In this document: positions 1 through 8,839 of the stretch, in pieces
How the letters are laid out: every line of letters starts with the position of its first letter
How positions within the stretch are numbered: position 1 is the stretch's first letter
Origin: Synechococcus sp. A15-28
GTDB lineage: Bacteria; Cyanobacteriota; Cyanobacteriia; PCC-6307; Cyanobiaceae
Assembly (NCBI RefSeq): GCF_014280175.1
Contig: NZ_CP047931.1
Location: forward strand, 690,001-722,000
Direction: 5' to 3'
Length of the DNA stretch: 32,000 nt
The notes under the pieces: generated by a model
What the model was told of the DNA's origin: nothing
Databases searched by the model: none
Seen by the model: only the letters and a program-made list of their open reading frames with translations
Position numbers and translations under genes: made by a program

Positions 1-726
1 AAGGAAAAAGCGTGCGCCCGCGTGGGCATTGCCAGCTTTGGGGCTCATCTGGCGGCAGAGACCCCCGCGGATGAGGTGCTCAGCACGATCCAAACCCTTA
101 ATGCTGATTCCCGTGTCGATGGCATCCTGCTTCAGTTGCCTTTGCCCAAGGGGTTGGATGAGCGTCCCCTGTTGGAGGCCATCGATCCGGCGAAAGATGC
201 CGACGGTCTGCACACCCTCAATCTGGGACGGTTGTTGAAAGGCGAACCCGGCCCGCGCAGCTGTACACCGGCCGGTGTGATAGCGCTTCTGCGCAGCAAC
301 GGCATCGATCCCGCTGGTCAACGGGCCGTCGTCATTGGGCGCAGCATTCTTGTTGGGCAGCCCATGGCCCTGATGCTGCAGGCCGCCAACGCCACCGTCA
401 CCGTCACCCATTCCCGCACCGCTGATCTGGCTGCCCACACCCGCGAAGCCGACATTGTGGTGGTCGCTGCAGGCCGCCCTGGCATGGTCGGCGCCGAGCA
501 CATCAAGCCCGGTGCAGCGGTGGTGGATGTGGGCATTCATCGCAAGCCGGAAGGGGGGCTTTGCGGTGATGTTGTGGCAGGGGAGGTGGAACCGATCGCT
601 GCTGCCCTCTCCCCTGTGCCAGGAGGCGTTGGCCCGATGACGGTGACCATGCTGCTGGTGAACACGGTGGTTGCCTGGTGCCGACGGCATGGCAACGACC
701 ATGGCTTGGAGGACCTGATTGGTTGA
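1..726 (+). CDS. folD: Bifunctional methylenetetrahydrofolate dehydrogenase/cyclohydrolase FolD (5' end outside window)
   Basis: Motifs [56 protein letters not shown] and [15 protein letters not shown]. The track ORF starts at 22 but the frame appears to continue upstream of it. Confidence 0.97.
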   Translation, partial: KEKACARVGIASFGAHLAAETPADEVLSTIQTLNADSRVDGILLQLPLPKGLDERPLLEAIDPAKDADGLHTLNLGRLLKGEPGPRSCTPAGVIALLRSNGIDPAGQRAVVIGRSILVGQPMALMLQAANATVTVTHSRTADLAAHTREADIVVVAAGRPGMVGAEHIKPGAAVVDVGIHRKPEGGLCGDVVAGEVEPIAAALSPVPGGVGPMTVTMLLVNTVVAWCRRHGNDHGLEDLIG

Positions 727-1424
727 TGGCGGAGAACGCGATTCACTGGTTGTTCCCCACACCGGTGCTGCAGGCGGACCTCACACCACCGAGCGATGTG
801 GCCCTGGCGATGCTGCAGCAGCTTGCTCTGTTTAACCAGAAGGTGTTCTCGAAGCCTGAGTTCCGTGATCGCAACAACCTCACCGGTGATCTGCTCGGTC
901 AAGCGGGACTGGATCAATTGCATCGCCTGGAAGCGTTCCAGTGGCTCAATCAGCACCTGGCCATTCACGTGGACGACTACCTGAAGGAGCTGCTGGGGCC
1001 AAATCACGCTCTGCAGGTTCACATTCAGAAGGCTTGGCCTGTGGTCTGTGCTCAGCAAGGCGGGACGATTGAGCCCCATAGCCACCGCAATGCTCAGCTC
1101 AGCGCTGTGTTCTATGTCCGTACGGAACCGGACAATCCCAGTGGGGAGTTGGAGTTTCAGGCTCCAGACGATTACTTCAGTCACGTGATGGCAATCCCTT
1201 ATAAGGACGCAGCTGTCTCGGGGGGAGTGTTCGCTCCCTTACAGCACCGGCTGCTGCTGTTCCCCTCTGATCTGCGTCATCAGGTGACGGCCTATGAGGG
1301 GGAGTCACCTCGCTATTCGGTCTCCTACGACCTGGCTATCACCACAGCACCTGGTCAGGGGCGGGAAATGCGCATGCCGCATCCGATGGACTGGGTTCCC
1401 CTCTGCAATCCAGGGCCGGCCTGA
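726..1424 (+). CDS. Putative 2OG-Fe(II) oxygenase family protein
   Basis: The ATG at 726 overlaps the folD TGA. The protein [19 protein letters not shown]... contains GGTIEPHSHRNAQLSAVFYV, PDNPSGELEFQAPDDY and LLLFPSDLRHQV, typical of a putative 2OG-Fe(II) oxygenase family. Confidence 0.75.
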   Translation: MAENAIHWLFPTPVLQADLTPPSDVALAMLQQLALFNQKVFSKPEFRDRNNLTGDLLGQAGLDQLHRLEAFQWLNQHLAIHVDDYLKELLGPNHALQVHIQKAWPVVCAQQGGTIEPHSHRNAQLSAVFYVRTEPDNPSGELEFQAPDDYFSHVMAIPYKDAAVSGGVFAPLQHRLLLFPSDLRHQVTAYEGESPRYSVSYDLAITTAPGQGREMRMPHPMDWVPLCNPGPA

Positions 1425-1451
1425 GAGAATCCCGCCAGTATCGGGCTCTCC

Positions 1452-2381
1452 ATGACCGTCGCGGCGACCTCTCCCGACAACACCCCTGGCGTGGCCGACA
1501 GTTTCGATTTCAAGGCTTATCTCGCCAAAGCCAAGGCGACGGTGGAGGAAGCCCTCGATCAGTCTTTGCTGCCGGAGCGGCCGGAGTCGCTGCGTGAAGC
1601 AATGCGCTACTCGCTGCTGGCGGGCGGAAAGCGTCTTCGCCCCATCCTCTGCCTGGCGGCCTGCGAGCTGGCGGGTGGGGACGCTGCTCAGGCCATGCCC
1701 ACGGCAGTGGCGCTGGAAATGATCCACACCATGTCGTTGATCCATGACGACCTTCCGGCCATGGATGACGATGACCTCCGGCGTGGACGCCCCACGAACC
1801 ACAAGGTCTATGGGGAAGCCGTTGCCATTCTGGCCGGTGATGCGTTGTTGACCCGTGCCTTCGAAATGGTGGCGCTGCGCAGTCCAGGGGTTCAACCCGA
1901 GCGACTGCTCAAGGTGGTGGGCGAGCTGTCGTTGGTGGCGGGGGCTCCTGGCCTGGTGGGTGGTCAGGTGGTGGATCTGGAGAGTGAAGGAAAACAGGTT
2001 GATCTCGAAACGCTCGAGTACATCCACCTCCACAAAACCGGTGCGCTGTTGAGCGCCTGTGTGATCACCGGCGCGATGATCGGCGGGGCCAATGATGAAT
2101 TGATTGCTGCGCTACGGGTCTACGCCCGGGGGATCGGCCTGGCTTTCCAGATCATTGACGACATCCTGGACATCACAGCCAGCAGTGAGGTGCTCGGCAA
2201 AACGGCCGGTAAGGACCTCATTGCCGACAAGACCACCTATCCCAAACTCCTGGGGCTCGAGGAATCCCGCAAACGGGCCAAGGATCTGGTTCATGAGTCC
2301 AAGGAGGTGCTCAAGCCATGGGCCGCCAAAGCCCAACCGCTGCTGGCGTTGGCGGACTACATCACCAGCCGTGATCGATGA
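1452..2381 (+). CDS. crtE: Geranylgeranyl/farnesyl diphosphate synthase (polyprenyl synthetase)
   Basis: First Asp-rich motif [20 protein letters not shown], second Asp-rich motif FQIIDDILD, and GGKRLRPIL. Confidence 0.95.
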   Translation: MTVAATSPDNTPGVADSFDFKAYLAKAKATVEEALDQSLLPERPESLREAMRYSLLAGGKRLRPILCLAACELAGGDAAQAMPTAVALEMIHTMSLIHDDLPAMDDDDLRRGRPTNHKVYGEAVAILAGDALLTRAFEMVALRSPGVQPERLLKVVGELSLVAGAPGLVGGQVVDLESEGKQVDLETLEYIHLHKTGALLSACVITGAMIGGANDELIAALRVYARGIGLAFQIIDDILDITASSEVLGKTAGKDLIADKTTYPKLLGLEESRKRAKDLVHESKEVLKPWAAKAQPLLALADYITSRDR

Positions 2382-2890
2382 TTGACTCCGCTCCATCCCA
2401 CGCCGTCCTGCAGGAGTTCCTGGACAACAGTTCGTTGGCCTGGGGGCTTGTGGCCTGTGGCATCGCTCAGTTGTCGAAGTTGCTGATCGAATTGGTCGTT
2501 CATCGCCGCTGGCGTCCGGCGGTGTTGATCGAAACCGGTGGCATGCCCTCCAGCCACTCAGCGCTGGTGACCGGTACGGCCTCCTGCATTGGCTGGACCC
2601 TCGGATTTGACCATCCGCTGTTTGCCCTTGCTGCGATGGTCAGCTTCGTGGTGATGTACGACGCCAGTGGCATTCGACGTGCGGCGGGTTTCACCGCCGA
2701 ACGGGTCAATGCCCTGCCGATGGAACTCTGGCCCACAGCCCATGACAAACCGCTGAAGGAAAGCCTCGGCCACAGTCGCTTGCAGGTGTTGGTGGGAAGC
2801 TTGATCGGTCCTGGGGTGGCCTTGCCGGGTCTGGTGCTGCTGGGATCGCCCTGGCATCTGGCCGCCGGCCTGCGGGCAGCACTGGGGTGA
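2378..2890 (+). CDS. Divergent PAP2 family (DUF212) membrane protein
   Basis: [43 protein letters not shown]. The start overlaps the crtE stop (ATGA). Confidence 0.88.
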   Translation: MIDSAPSHAVLQEFLDNSSLAWGLVACGIAQLSKLLIELVVHRRWRPAVLIETGGMPSSHSALVTGTASCIGWTLGFDHPLFALAAMVSFVVMYDASGIRRAAGFTAERVNALPMELWPTAHDKPLKESLGHSRLQVLVGSLIGPGVALPGLVLLGSPWHLAAGLRAALG

Positions 2891-4350
2891 GCAACGAGGA
2901 TCACCTCACAAAAGATCTCACGGACGATCAGCGCGAGGCTGCCGATGCTTTCGCTGCGTGGCTGACCTCACCATCCGATGGAACACCCTTTGTTCTGAGC
3001 GGTTTCGCTGGTAGCGGCAAGACGTTTCTGTCGATGCGCCTGCTGCGGATGGTGGAGATGCAGGGGCTTTGCTGGACCGTGGTGGCGCCAACCCATAAAG
3101 CTGTGGGTGTTCTGCGTCAGGCCCTGGATCTGGAGGGTCTTCAGCCCACCTGGTACCCCTCCACGATTCACCGCTTGCTGCGGCTGAAGCTGAAACGCTC
3201 CGCGGATGCCGAACTCTGCGAACCGACGGAGCAGACGGCGATGGCTCTCGAAAACCTCGGCCTCGTGCTCATTGATGAGGCCTCCATGGTGGACAGCACG
3301 TTGCTGGGCATTGCTCTTCAGTGCGCCCATCCGTTCAAAACCCGGTTGGTGTTTGTTGGTGATCCAGCGCAGCTGCCTCCGGTCGGCGAGGACTCCAGCC
3401 CTGTGTTTGCCATGCAGCGGGCCTGTGCTGCGTCTCTGGAGGAGGTGGTGCGTCACCAGGGCCCTGTGTTGCAGCTCGCCAGCCGCTTACGCGATGGAGG
3501 ACTTCCCTGTCAGAACCCGCCCGTGTTGCCGCCGATCCGCGATGAGCGGGGGCAAGTGTGCTGTCTGCCCCAAAAGGACTGGTTGGACCATGCGCGCCAG
3601 GCACTGCGACAGGCCTCCCTCCAGGACAACCCTGACGCAGCCAGGATTCTTTGTTACACCAACCGCACCCTTGAGCGCCTGGTCCCCCTGGCAAGGCGGG
3701 CTATCCATGGGGACATGGCTGATCAGATGGCGGTGCTGCCTGGGGAGGTGCTGATCAGTCGGGCGGCAGTGATGGCACCAGCCTCCAGGGATGGTGAGGA
3801 GACCGGCGAGGAGCCAGACATGGTGCTCGGCTCCAATCGTGAAGTGATTGTCAGGGATGTGACGCTTGAGTCCTGCGATTTAATGGATTTCGGCCTTTCC
3901 CCGTCGGATGGAGCCGTTCCTGTGATTGAAACAGTGTCGGCTCAGGTTTCCGCAGGGGAGTTGGAGCTCTGCTTGAGACTCCAGCCGCCCGTCGGCAGTG
4001 ATGCCAGGCGCGCGCTTGATGGGGTGATGCAGCGCTTGCGTCAACAGGCCCGGGACGCGGGGCAGAAAAACGGTCGGGCCATCTGGCGGCGGTATTTCCT
4101 TCTTCGCGATGCCTTTGCCTCCCTCGGACCGGCAGCAGTGTTGACGGTGCATCGCAGTCAGGGCAGCAGTTTCGGGGAGGTCTTTGTGGCCCCGGATGTG
4201 TTCCGTGCCGACCAATCCATCCGGCAGCAACTTTGTTACGTCGCAGTGTCCCGGGCGCGAACCGGTGTCTGGTTGATCGGAGGAAGCGCCAGCCCTGCCA
4301 TCGAGCATGTCTGGCGCCATGCATTCGCATCGCCACCTTCGGCCCCTTGA
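2887..4350 (+). CDS. Superfamily 1B (RecD/Dda-like) ATP-dependent DNA helicase
   Basis: Walker A GFAGSGKTF, LIDEASMVD, GDPAQLPPVGE, and the C-terminal motif TVHRSQGSSFGEVFV...YVAVSRART. GTG start with GTGA overlap. Confidence 0.88.
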   Translation: MSNEDHLTKDLTDDQREAADAFAAWLTSPSDGTPFVLSGFAGSGKTFLSMRLLRMVEMQGLCWTVVAPTHKAVGVLRQALDLEGLQPTWYPSTIHRLLRLKLKRSADAELCEPTEQTAMALENLGLVLIDEASMVDSTLLGIALQCAHPFKTRLVFVGDPAQLPPVGEDSSPVFAMQRACAASLEEVVRHQGPVLQLASRLRDGGLPCQNPPVLPPIRDERGQVCCLPQKDWLDHARQALRQASLQDNPDAARILCYTNRTLERLVPLARRAIHGDMADQMAVLPGEVLISRAAVMAPASRDGEETGEEPDMVLGSNREVIVRDVTLESCDLMDFGLSPSDGAVPVIETVSAQVSAGELELCLRLQPPVGSDARRALDGVMQRLRQQARDAGQKNGRAIWRRYFLLRDAFASLGPAAVLTVHRSQGSSFGEVFVAPDVFRADQSIRQQLCYVAVSRARTGVWLIGGSASPAIEHVWRHAFASPPSAP

Positions 4351-4405
4351 GAAGTCACCTTGGCCTCGTTTGACTGAATCAGTCCGATTGTTTTGTTGAC
4401 GGTCC

Positions 4406-4693
4406 ATGGTGATGAGGAACCGTTGTCTGATCGCCCTCAGCTTGTTGAGTCTTGTTCTGGCCAGTTCAGCGGCTTGGGCTCAGCAACCAATCAAGGCCCA
4501 TCTGGTGCTGACCACGGGTGTTTTCGGCTCCAAGTTTTCAGGCAGCAATGCCGCCAACAGTGACTCAACTTGGATGGTGACCATCCCGATGTTGAGTGAG
4601 AGTGGTTGCAAGGCCGAGGGTGAGCGTTGGCTTCGTCGCCGCTCTCGTTTCCGCAAGGGGTTTCGTGAATACTTCTGCGTGATCTTGCGCTGA
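4406..4693 (+). CDS. Hypothetical secreted small protein
   Basis: 95 aa ORF with an N-terminal signal-peptide-like stretch (MVMRNRCLIALSLLSLVLASSAAWAQQ). No recognisable domain. Confidence 0.4.
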   Translation: MVMRNRCLIALSLLSLVLASSAAWAQQPIKAHLVLTTGVFGSKFSGSNAANSDSTWMVTIPMLSESGCKAEGERWLRRRSRFRKGFREYFCVILR

Positions 4694-4719
4694 AATTATG
4701 GATGCGAGATTCTTTGATT

Positions 4720-4905
4720 CTATTTCCAGGGTGATTCCTTCTCCTGGTAGTCCGTCATTAGGGCGGCGAGGATGAGCACCACATATCTGTTGTCTGCTCC
4801 TGTCTCCTGCTTGAATCGGCGGATGATGTCGGCAATGTTCCTCATGACTTCTGGTATTTCCTTCTTCTTCTGATCCTTGCTAGGAACAAAATTCAATGAC
4901 TGCAA
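4720..4905 (-). CDS. Hypothetical small protein
   Basis: 61 aa ORF (MQSLNFVPSKDQKKKEIPEVMRNIADIIRRFKQETGADNRYVVLILAALMTDYQEKESPWK) with plausible amino acid composition. No other ORF competes convincingly here. Confidence 0.35.
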   Translation of the reverse strand: MQSLNFVPSKDQKKKEIPEVMRNIADIIRRFKQETGADNRYVVLILAALMTDYQEKESPWK

Positions 4906-5047
4906 CTTATCTTGTGGCTCACCACTTTATGGTGTTAATGCTCATTTCATCTTAAAAAAATTAGGAGAGACGATCCCAATTTTTGCCCAGGATCCCACAG
5001 CACGTGTTGATCGGATCCGGGGCCGAGGTGAATCGTTTCCCTCGTGG

Positions 5048-5635
5048 CTAGAGATTCCCAGCGGATGGGGCATTCCAGCGCTGAATGGCTCGGGTTTCCC
5101 GCTCCCAGCCCAGGATGCTGACTGAAGCTGTGCCGAGTCGGAGCAGTTGTCCGCCGGCGGCTCCCAGTCCCAGCCATGTTCCAGCCAGTGCCCGGAGAAT
5201 GTGGCCATGGGCAAACAGAGCAACATCCCCGTCTTCAGGGATAGCCAGAGCTGTGCTGATCGCTCGTGCGCAGCGGGCCTCAACCTCTGGAGGGTCCTCT
5301 CCGTTCGGACAGCCATGGCTCCAGACCGTCCAATCCGGGATGCTTTCACGGATCGTGGCGGTGGTGATGCCTTCGTAGTCGCCGTAGTTCCACTCGATGA
5401 TGTCGTCGCAGATCTGCATCTGATCGCCGAGCCCTGCCAACTCGCAGGTGCGTCGTGCCCGTTGCAGGGGAGAGCTGAATACCGCTGCGAAGCGCTGCTG
5501 GCTCAGAACCGGGGAGAGGGCGCGGGCTTCGGCTTCACCCTCGGGCAGCAGCGGCAGGTCTGTGCTGCCGGTGTGCCGCCCATTGAGAGCCCATTCCGTC
5601 GCCCCGTGGCGGAGCAACCAGAGCTGGCGTGACAT
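5048..5635 (-). CDS. Histidine phosphatase family protein (phosphoglycerate mutase-like)
   Basis: LLRHGATEWALNGRHTGSTD, FSSPLQRARRTCELAG, EWNYGDYEG, ALFAHGHILRAL. Confidence 0.92.
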   Translation of the reverse strand: MSRQLWLLRHGATEWALNGRHTGSTDLPLLPEGEAEARALSPVLSQQRFAAVFSSPLQRARRTCELAGLGDQMQICDDIIEWNYGDYEGITTATIRESIPDWTVWSHGCPNGEDPPEVEARCARAISTALAIPEDGDVALFAHGHILRALAGTWLGLGAAGGQLLRLGTASVSILGWERETRAIQRWNAPSAGNL

Positions 5636-5699
5636 CAGCTGATCAGCGGGGTGACCAGCTCAAGATGGGCAGTGATGAACGGCGCGTCAGCAGCCTGAA

Positions 5700-5810
5700 T
5701 CACAACCTCAGGATCAGAGCTGCAAGGCCGATACAGACCCCCAGGCTGAGGACGCCGAGCAGGGCACGCCAGAACGCTTTGTCCTGTGGATCGAGGAAGT
5801 TCTTGCCCAT
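5700..5810 (-). CDS. Small single-TM protein, 36 aa (absent from the supplied ORF track)
   Basis: Manual translation gives MGKNFLDPQDKAFWRALLGVLSLGVCIGLAALILRL*. ATG at 5810, TGA at 5700. It sits in the gap between the phosphatase and acyP genes. Confidence 0.5.
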   Translation of the reverse strand: MGKNFLDPQDKAFWRALLGVLSLGVCIGLAALILRL

Positions 5811-5823
5811 GGCCCCAGTCTGA

Positions 5824-6177
5824 TCAGCGGCGCACCTCAAACCAATCATCACCGGTCACAGGAAATTGGCTCAGCTGAACCCTCAGCACCTCTGCTCCAG
5901 GGGGTCCCTGTTCACACCAGGCCCGCAGCTCGGAAATCGCCAGAGGCGGCCCTTCGGCCTGCACTTCAACTCTGCCGTCGCGCAGGTTGCGGACCCAGCC
6001 CCGTAGCCCAAGGTCCAGTGCACGCCGGTTGCAGCTGGCTCGGAATCCGACCCCCTGGACCTGTCCGTGGATCAGCAGTCGCCAGCGTTCGAGGAAGGGT
6101 TGCGGGCGGCCGGACTGGGTTCGGTTGACGAACCGCCGGGCAATGGAATCGGCTCTGTTGCGAGTGCGTCGCGCCAT
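5824..6177 (-). CDS. acyP: Acylphosphatase
   Basis: WRLLIHGQVQGVGFRASCNRRALDLGLRGWVRNLRDGRVEVQAEG is the classic acylphosphatase signature. The track ORF begins at 6276; the internal Met at 6177 is my preferred start. Confidence 0.85.
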   Translation of the reverse strand: MARRTRNRADSIARRFVNRTQSGRPQPFLERWRLLIHGQVQGVGFRASCNRRALDLGLRGWVRNLRDGRVEVQAEGPPLAISELRAWCEQGPPGAEVLRVQLSQFPVTGDDWFEVRR

Positions 6178-7499
6178 CGGGAGCAGATCATCGAAGAGCT
6201 GGCCCAGTGCAGGTGAATCCAGCTGGCGTGAATCCTCTGAGTACCCCATCCCTCCGGTGTTTGTCCGGTTCTCCATCCTTCAATGTCCCACAGCACGGAC
6301 TCGTCCGATGGTGGTCGGTCGTGCTCGAGAATCCAGCGGTGAAACTCGTGGCCCCGCAGGGATTCTCCATGCCGCAGCAGCAGGCCGTCCCGGCGTGGTG
6401 TCAGCTGGCGATAGCCCACTTGGAGCCCTCCGCGCCGGGCGCTGAAGGGCAGCAGACCTGCCATCGGATGCGGCGTGCCATTGAGATCGTTCAGCTGCTG
6501 GCCCAGCAACAACATGCCGCCGCATTCGGCATACACCGGGCGTTGTTGCGCAAACTCCCTCAGGGCGGAAAGGCTTCTGCGGCACTGCCCCAGCTCCTCA
6601 GCGTGTTGCTCCGGAAAACCGCCTGGCAGGATCAGTCCCCGGGCGTCGGGCGGAATCGGTTCATCGGCGAGGGGGCTCCAGGGCAGCAGGGGCATCGCCA
6701 TGCGCTCCAGCTGCTCGCCTGTCTCGGCGTAGCGGAAGTGAAAAGCCTCATCCACTGCGACGGCCACCGGCAACGCCGGCCCGGTGATCGGAGCGATCTC
6801 ATCCAGCGGGGGCGTCCCTGACCGTGGAGCCTCCATCAGTGCCAGCCAGTGCGTGACATCGAGATGCTCTTCGGCGAGTCGCGCCCAGCGCTGATGTCGA
6901 TGTAATGGGTTCTGCAGTTCGTGGGCCGGGGCCAGGCCCAGATGTCGGCTGGGTAGTGCCAGCTCATCACTCTTCGGCAGACAGCCCAGTAGGGGCATGC
7001 CGATCGCATCAAGAACCTCCTGCAGCAGCTCCCGGTGTCGTTGGCTGCTCACCCTGTTGAGCACGACACCCGCCAGGGTCAGGTCTGGGTCGTGATCACG
7101 GAAACCCTGGACGAGGGCCCCCAGCGATGCGGCCTGACCACCGGCATCGATCACCAGAACCACGGGGAGCTGCAGCTGTTTCGCGATGGCTGCCGTGCTG
7201 CCGGCTTCGCTGCAGCCGATGCCATCGAACAAGCCCATCACCCCCTCCACAAGGGCCAGATCCCGCTGGCTCCCGTAACCGAGAAAGGCCTTTTCAACCC
7301 AGGCCTGTCCGCAGAGGTTGAGATCGAGATTTCTGCAGGGGTGTCCTGCAGCAGCACTCAGCAGCTGGGGGTCGAGGTAGTCCGGCCCGACTTTGAAAGG
7401 TTGAATGCTGTGGCCCTGAGAGCGGGCCCATGCCAACAGGGCGAGTGTCAGGAGCGTTTTGCCGCTGCCGCTGGCCGGTGCGGCGATGACAACGGCCAT
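6072..7499 (-). CDS. cobB: Cobyrinate a,c-diamide synthase
   Basis: APASGSGKTLLTLALL, FKVGPDYLDP, LVEGVMGLFDG, GLILPGGFPEQHAEEL, VYAECGGMLLLGQ, HASWIHLHW. Confidence 0.92.
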   Translation of the reverse strand: MAVVIAAPASGSGKTLLTLALLAWARSQGHSIQPFKVGPDYLDPQLLSAAAGHPCRNLDLNLCGQAWVEKAFLGYGSQRDLALVEGVMGLFDGIGCSEAGSTAAIAKQLQLPVVLVIDAGGQAASLGALVQGFRDHDPDLTLAGVVLNRVSSQRHRELLQEVLDAIGMPLLGCLPKSDELALPSRHLGLAPAHELQNPLHRHQRWARLAEEHLDVTHWLALMEAPRSGTPPLDEIAPITGPALPVAVAVDEAFHFRYAETGEQLERMAMPLLPWSPLADEPIPPDARGLILPGGFPEQHAEELGQCRRSLSALREFAQQRPVYAECGGMLLLGQQLNDLNGTPHPMAGLLPFSARRGGLQVGYRQLTPRRDGLLLRHGESLRGHEFHRWILEHDRPPSDESVLWDIEGWRTGQTPEGWGTQRIHASWIHLHWASSSMICSRWRDALATEPIPLPGGSSTEPSPAARNPSSNAGDC

Positions 7500-7514
7500 G
7501 GTGGAGCGTCGGCG

Positions 7515-8801
7515 TCAGTTCAGCAGCCTGGCAGCCAGTGAAGCCGATGTGGCCAGCAGCGGATTGGTGGAGTCGTGTCCACCGCTGAGCAGCCTCGCCA
7601 CATCCATTTCCGGTGAGGCGTGCTGAACCGAAACGATCTCCTCATGCAGCTCAAGGCTGGCCATGCCACCCCCCTCAAGACGCATGCAGCCACCGGATTC
7701 CCCACAGAGGATCACGCAGACACCCTGCCCTTGCTCCGGTTGGCAGATCAGGCGCAGACCGACCATCTGTCCGGCATGGACACTGGGCTGGCCGGTGGGG
7801 ACAGTCATCAACTGGAAGCGGATGTCGGCTCCGTCATGGCGGCTGAACCGAGCTGTGACCCCTTCCTCGGTGACGTCGCTTGTCTGCAACTGCCAGCCGA
7901 GACGGTCTGCAATCCAGGCCGCCATCAACAGGCCCTGGGCTGGATGGTGACCTTCCACATCGATGTCCAACTGCGTGATGTGGCAGAGAGCATCCCGGCG
8001 GTTCGGAGGGTCAAACACCATCGCCAGGGTTTCGCGCCAGCTGCGCAGGCGCAGCCAGTTGAGGTCATTCACCGCCTGACCGGACTCCACGCGCGACCGC
8101 AGCAGGTTGAGGCAGTGGGCGGGGTTACCGACGGCGGTGTCGATGATCAGGCGCCTGGGAGCACAGGCCAGCTGTTCCATCAGATCGGGGGCTTCATCCA
8201 GGAATCCGTTCCACCAGACCCAGGACGGCATGGAGGGCGGCAGCAGCGGCTGCAGGATCGACATGCCGTCGCGAAGGGCATCGTGGCCACCGCGCAACAC
8301 CACCACATCGCCACAGGCGGTGGTGCCTCCTCCCTCCTCAGGCAAGGGGCAGTAAGCGGCCACAAGCGTTTCGAGTCCCTGCTGGGCGTTGATGGTCGGC
8401 GCCAGGGTGATCAAGCGTCGGGGCTGGAGCTCACTCAGGGCCGGGTCGATGTACTGACCTCTCAGATCATCGGCCTGGGTTTCACCCTCGAGCTGGGCGA
8501 CGGAAGCGATCAGCTCTCCGGCGCTGGGTGGTGTGCTCAGGGGTAGATCGGTATCGATCACGGCCTGGCGACCGGCCTGCAGCAGCGCATCGGATTGCTG
8601 GCCAGTGATCGGACCGTTGAGCCGACCGCAACGCACCAGTTGCTGTTCGGCCCAGGCGGGTTGCCAGATCAGCAGACAGAACGTGTTGGCACCGGCACCG
8701 GTGTTGCCTTGCTGCTCCGTTGACCAGAGCTGCTCCAGATAGGTGGGGACCTCGGAGGGCGCCAGTTCGAGCGGGGTCTGAAGGGTGAGCTGGGGAGACA
8801 T
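7515..8801 (-). CDS. opcA: Glucose-6-phosphate dehydrogenase assembly protein OpcA
   Basis: Immediately downstream of zwf on the same strand. OpcA-like segments include RPRRLIIDTAV, DLNWLRLRSWRETLAMVFD, GWQLQ and a C-terminal G-rich region. Confidence 0.9.
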   Translation of the reverse strand: MSPQLTLQTPLELAPSEVPTYLEQLWSTEQQGNTGAGANTFCLLIWQPAWAEQQLVRCGRLNGPITGQQSDALLQAGRQAVIDTDLPLSTPPSAGELIASVAQLEGETQADDLRGQYIDPALSELQPRRLITLAPTINAQQGLETLVAAYCPLPEEGGGTTACGDVVVLRGGHDALRDGMSILQPLLPPSMPSWVWWNGFLDEAPDLMEQLACAPRRLIIDTAVGNPAHCLNLLRSRVESGQAVNDLNWLRLRSWRETLAMVFDPPNRRDALCHITQLDIDVEGHHPAQGLLMAAWIADRLGWQLQTSDVTEEGVTARFSRHDGADIRFQLMTVPTGQPSVHAGQMVGLRLICQPEQGQGVCVILCGESGGCMRLEGGGMASLELHEEIVSVQHASPEMDVARLLSGGHDSTNPLLATSASLAARLLN

Positions 8802-8839
8802 CGGGTAGGAGGAATGAAGTGCGGCGAGTTCCGGTGTTG

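Noticed and set aside
1305-2033. 242-aa minus-strand ORF opposite crtE
   Set aside because: Antisense shadow of crtE, whose catalytic motifs are unambiguous.
2887-4350. SF1 helicase as part of a defence or mobile system
   Set aside because: It is tightly packed after crtE and a DUF212 gene, with no nuclease, ATPase partner, integrase or recombinase nearby. It reads as a stand-alone housekeeping or repair helicase.
7620-8546. 308-aa plus-strand ORF opposite opcA
   Set aside because: High-GC shadow ORF fully antisense to opcA, with no recognisable motif and composition typical of a complement frame.
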